Positions 63,861-64,000 of a stretch of DNA of 64,000 nt are shown in pieces; the first letter of the stretch is position 1; each line of letters begins with the position of its first letter. The DNA is from the human T2T-CHM13v2.0 reference genome, Homo sapiens, in assembly GCF_009914755.1 (NCBI RefSeq), contig NC_060943.1; one strand, 5' to 3'. The notes below the pieces were generated by a model. The model was not told where the DNA came from and made no database searches. It worked only from the letters and a program-made list of their open reading frames with translations. Both the position numbers and the translations under genes were made by a program.

Positions 63861-64000
63861 TGAAACCACCTTTGCAAAACTATGACCGAGACAGTGAAAG
63901 AGCTCTAATTTAATCAACTCCATCTTGCTTCTAACCTCCGAGCTGTCCTTGTTCATTTCTGGGTGTAGGCTGAACTGACTTTGGGAAAAACTTAGTTTGT
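63861..64000 (+). mobile_element. LTR8-like ERV1 LTR, 5' part (runs off window)
   Basis: TGAAACCACCTTTGCAAAACTATGAC.GAGACAGTGAAAGAG...ACTCCATCTTGCTTCTAACCTCC matches the recalled LTR8 start. Confidence 0.8.

Overview
Human (primate) genomic DNA, recognisable as the chromosome 19q13.4 HAS1-FPR1-FPR2 region. The window holds the first exon and promoter of HAS1 (minus strand, ATG at 3115) and the complete FPR1 gene (minus strand, intronless 350-aa CDS 25136-26188, first exon about 31008-31072, candidate 51-nt cassette exon 29397-29447). It also holds the complete FPR2 gene (plus strand, 351-aa CDS 47853-48908, two alternative first exons ending at 40424 and 42711), arranged head-to-head with FPR1. 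Most of the rest is interspersed repeats: more than 40 Alus, a 5'-truncated L1PA3-like element, a MER11 solo LTR, MER21/MER4-class/THE1/MLT/LTR8 LTRs, an ERV-L integrase remnant, hAT/Tigger/mariner MITEs, L2 and MIR, plus two oppositely oriented MSR1 minisatellite arrays. Best leads: (1) a transposon-derived alternative 5' exon in each of FPR1 (MER33) and FPR2 (L2) supplies an out-of-frame uATG overlapping the receptor start codon, while the other isoforms lack uATGs; (2) a 113-nt near-identical FPR1/FPR2 tract suggesting gene conversion; (3) the FPR2 paralogue of the FPR1 poly(A) signal reads AAGAAA, with the 3' UTR probably extending into an old L1; (4) a (GT)22 microsatellite forming the HAS1 intron-1 donor. 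Repeat family names and transcript structures come from recalled consensus/cDNA sequences, and repeat boundaries are approximate. No searches were run.
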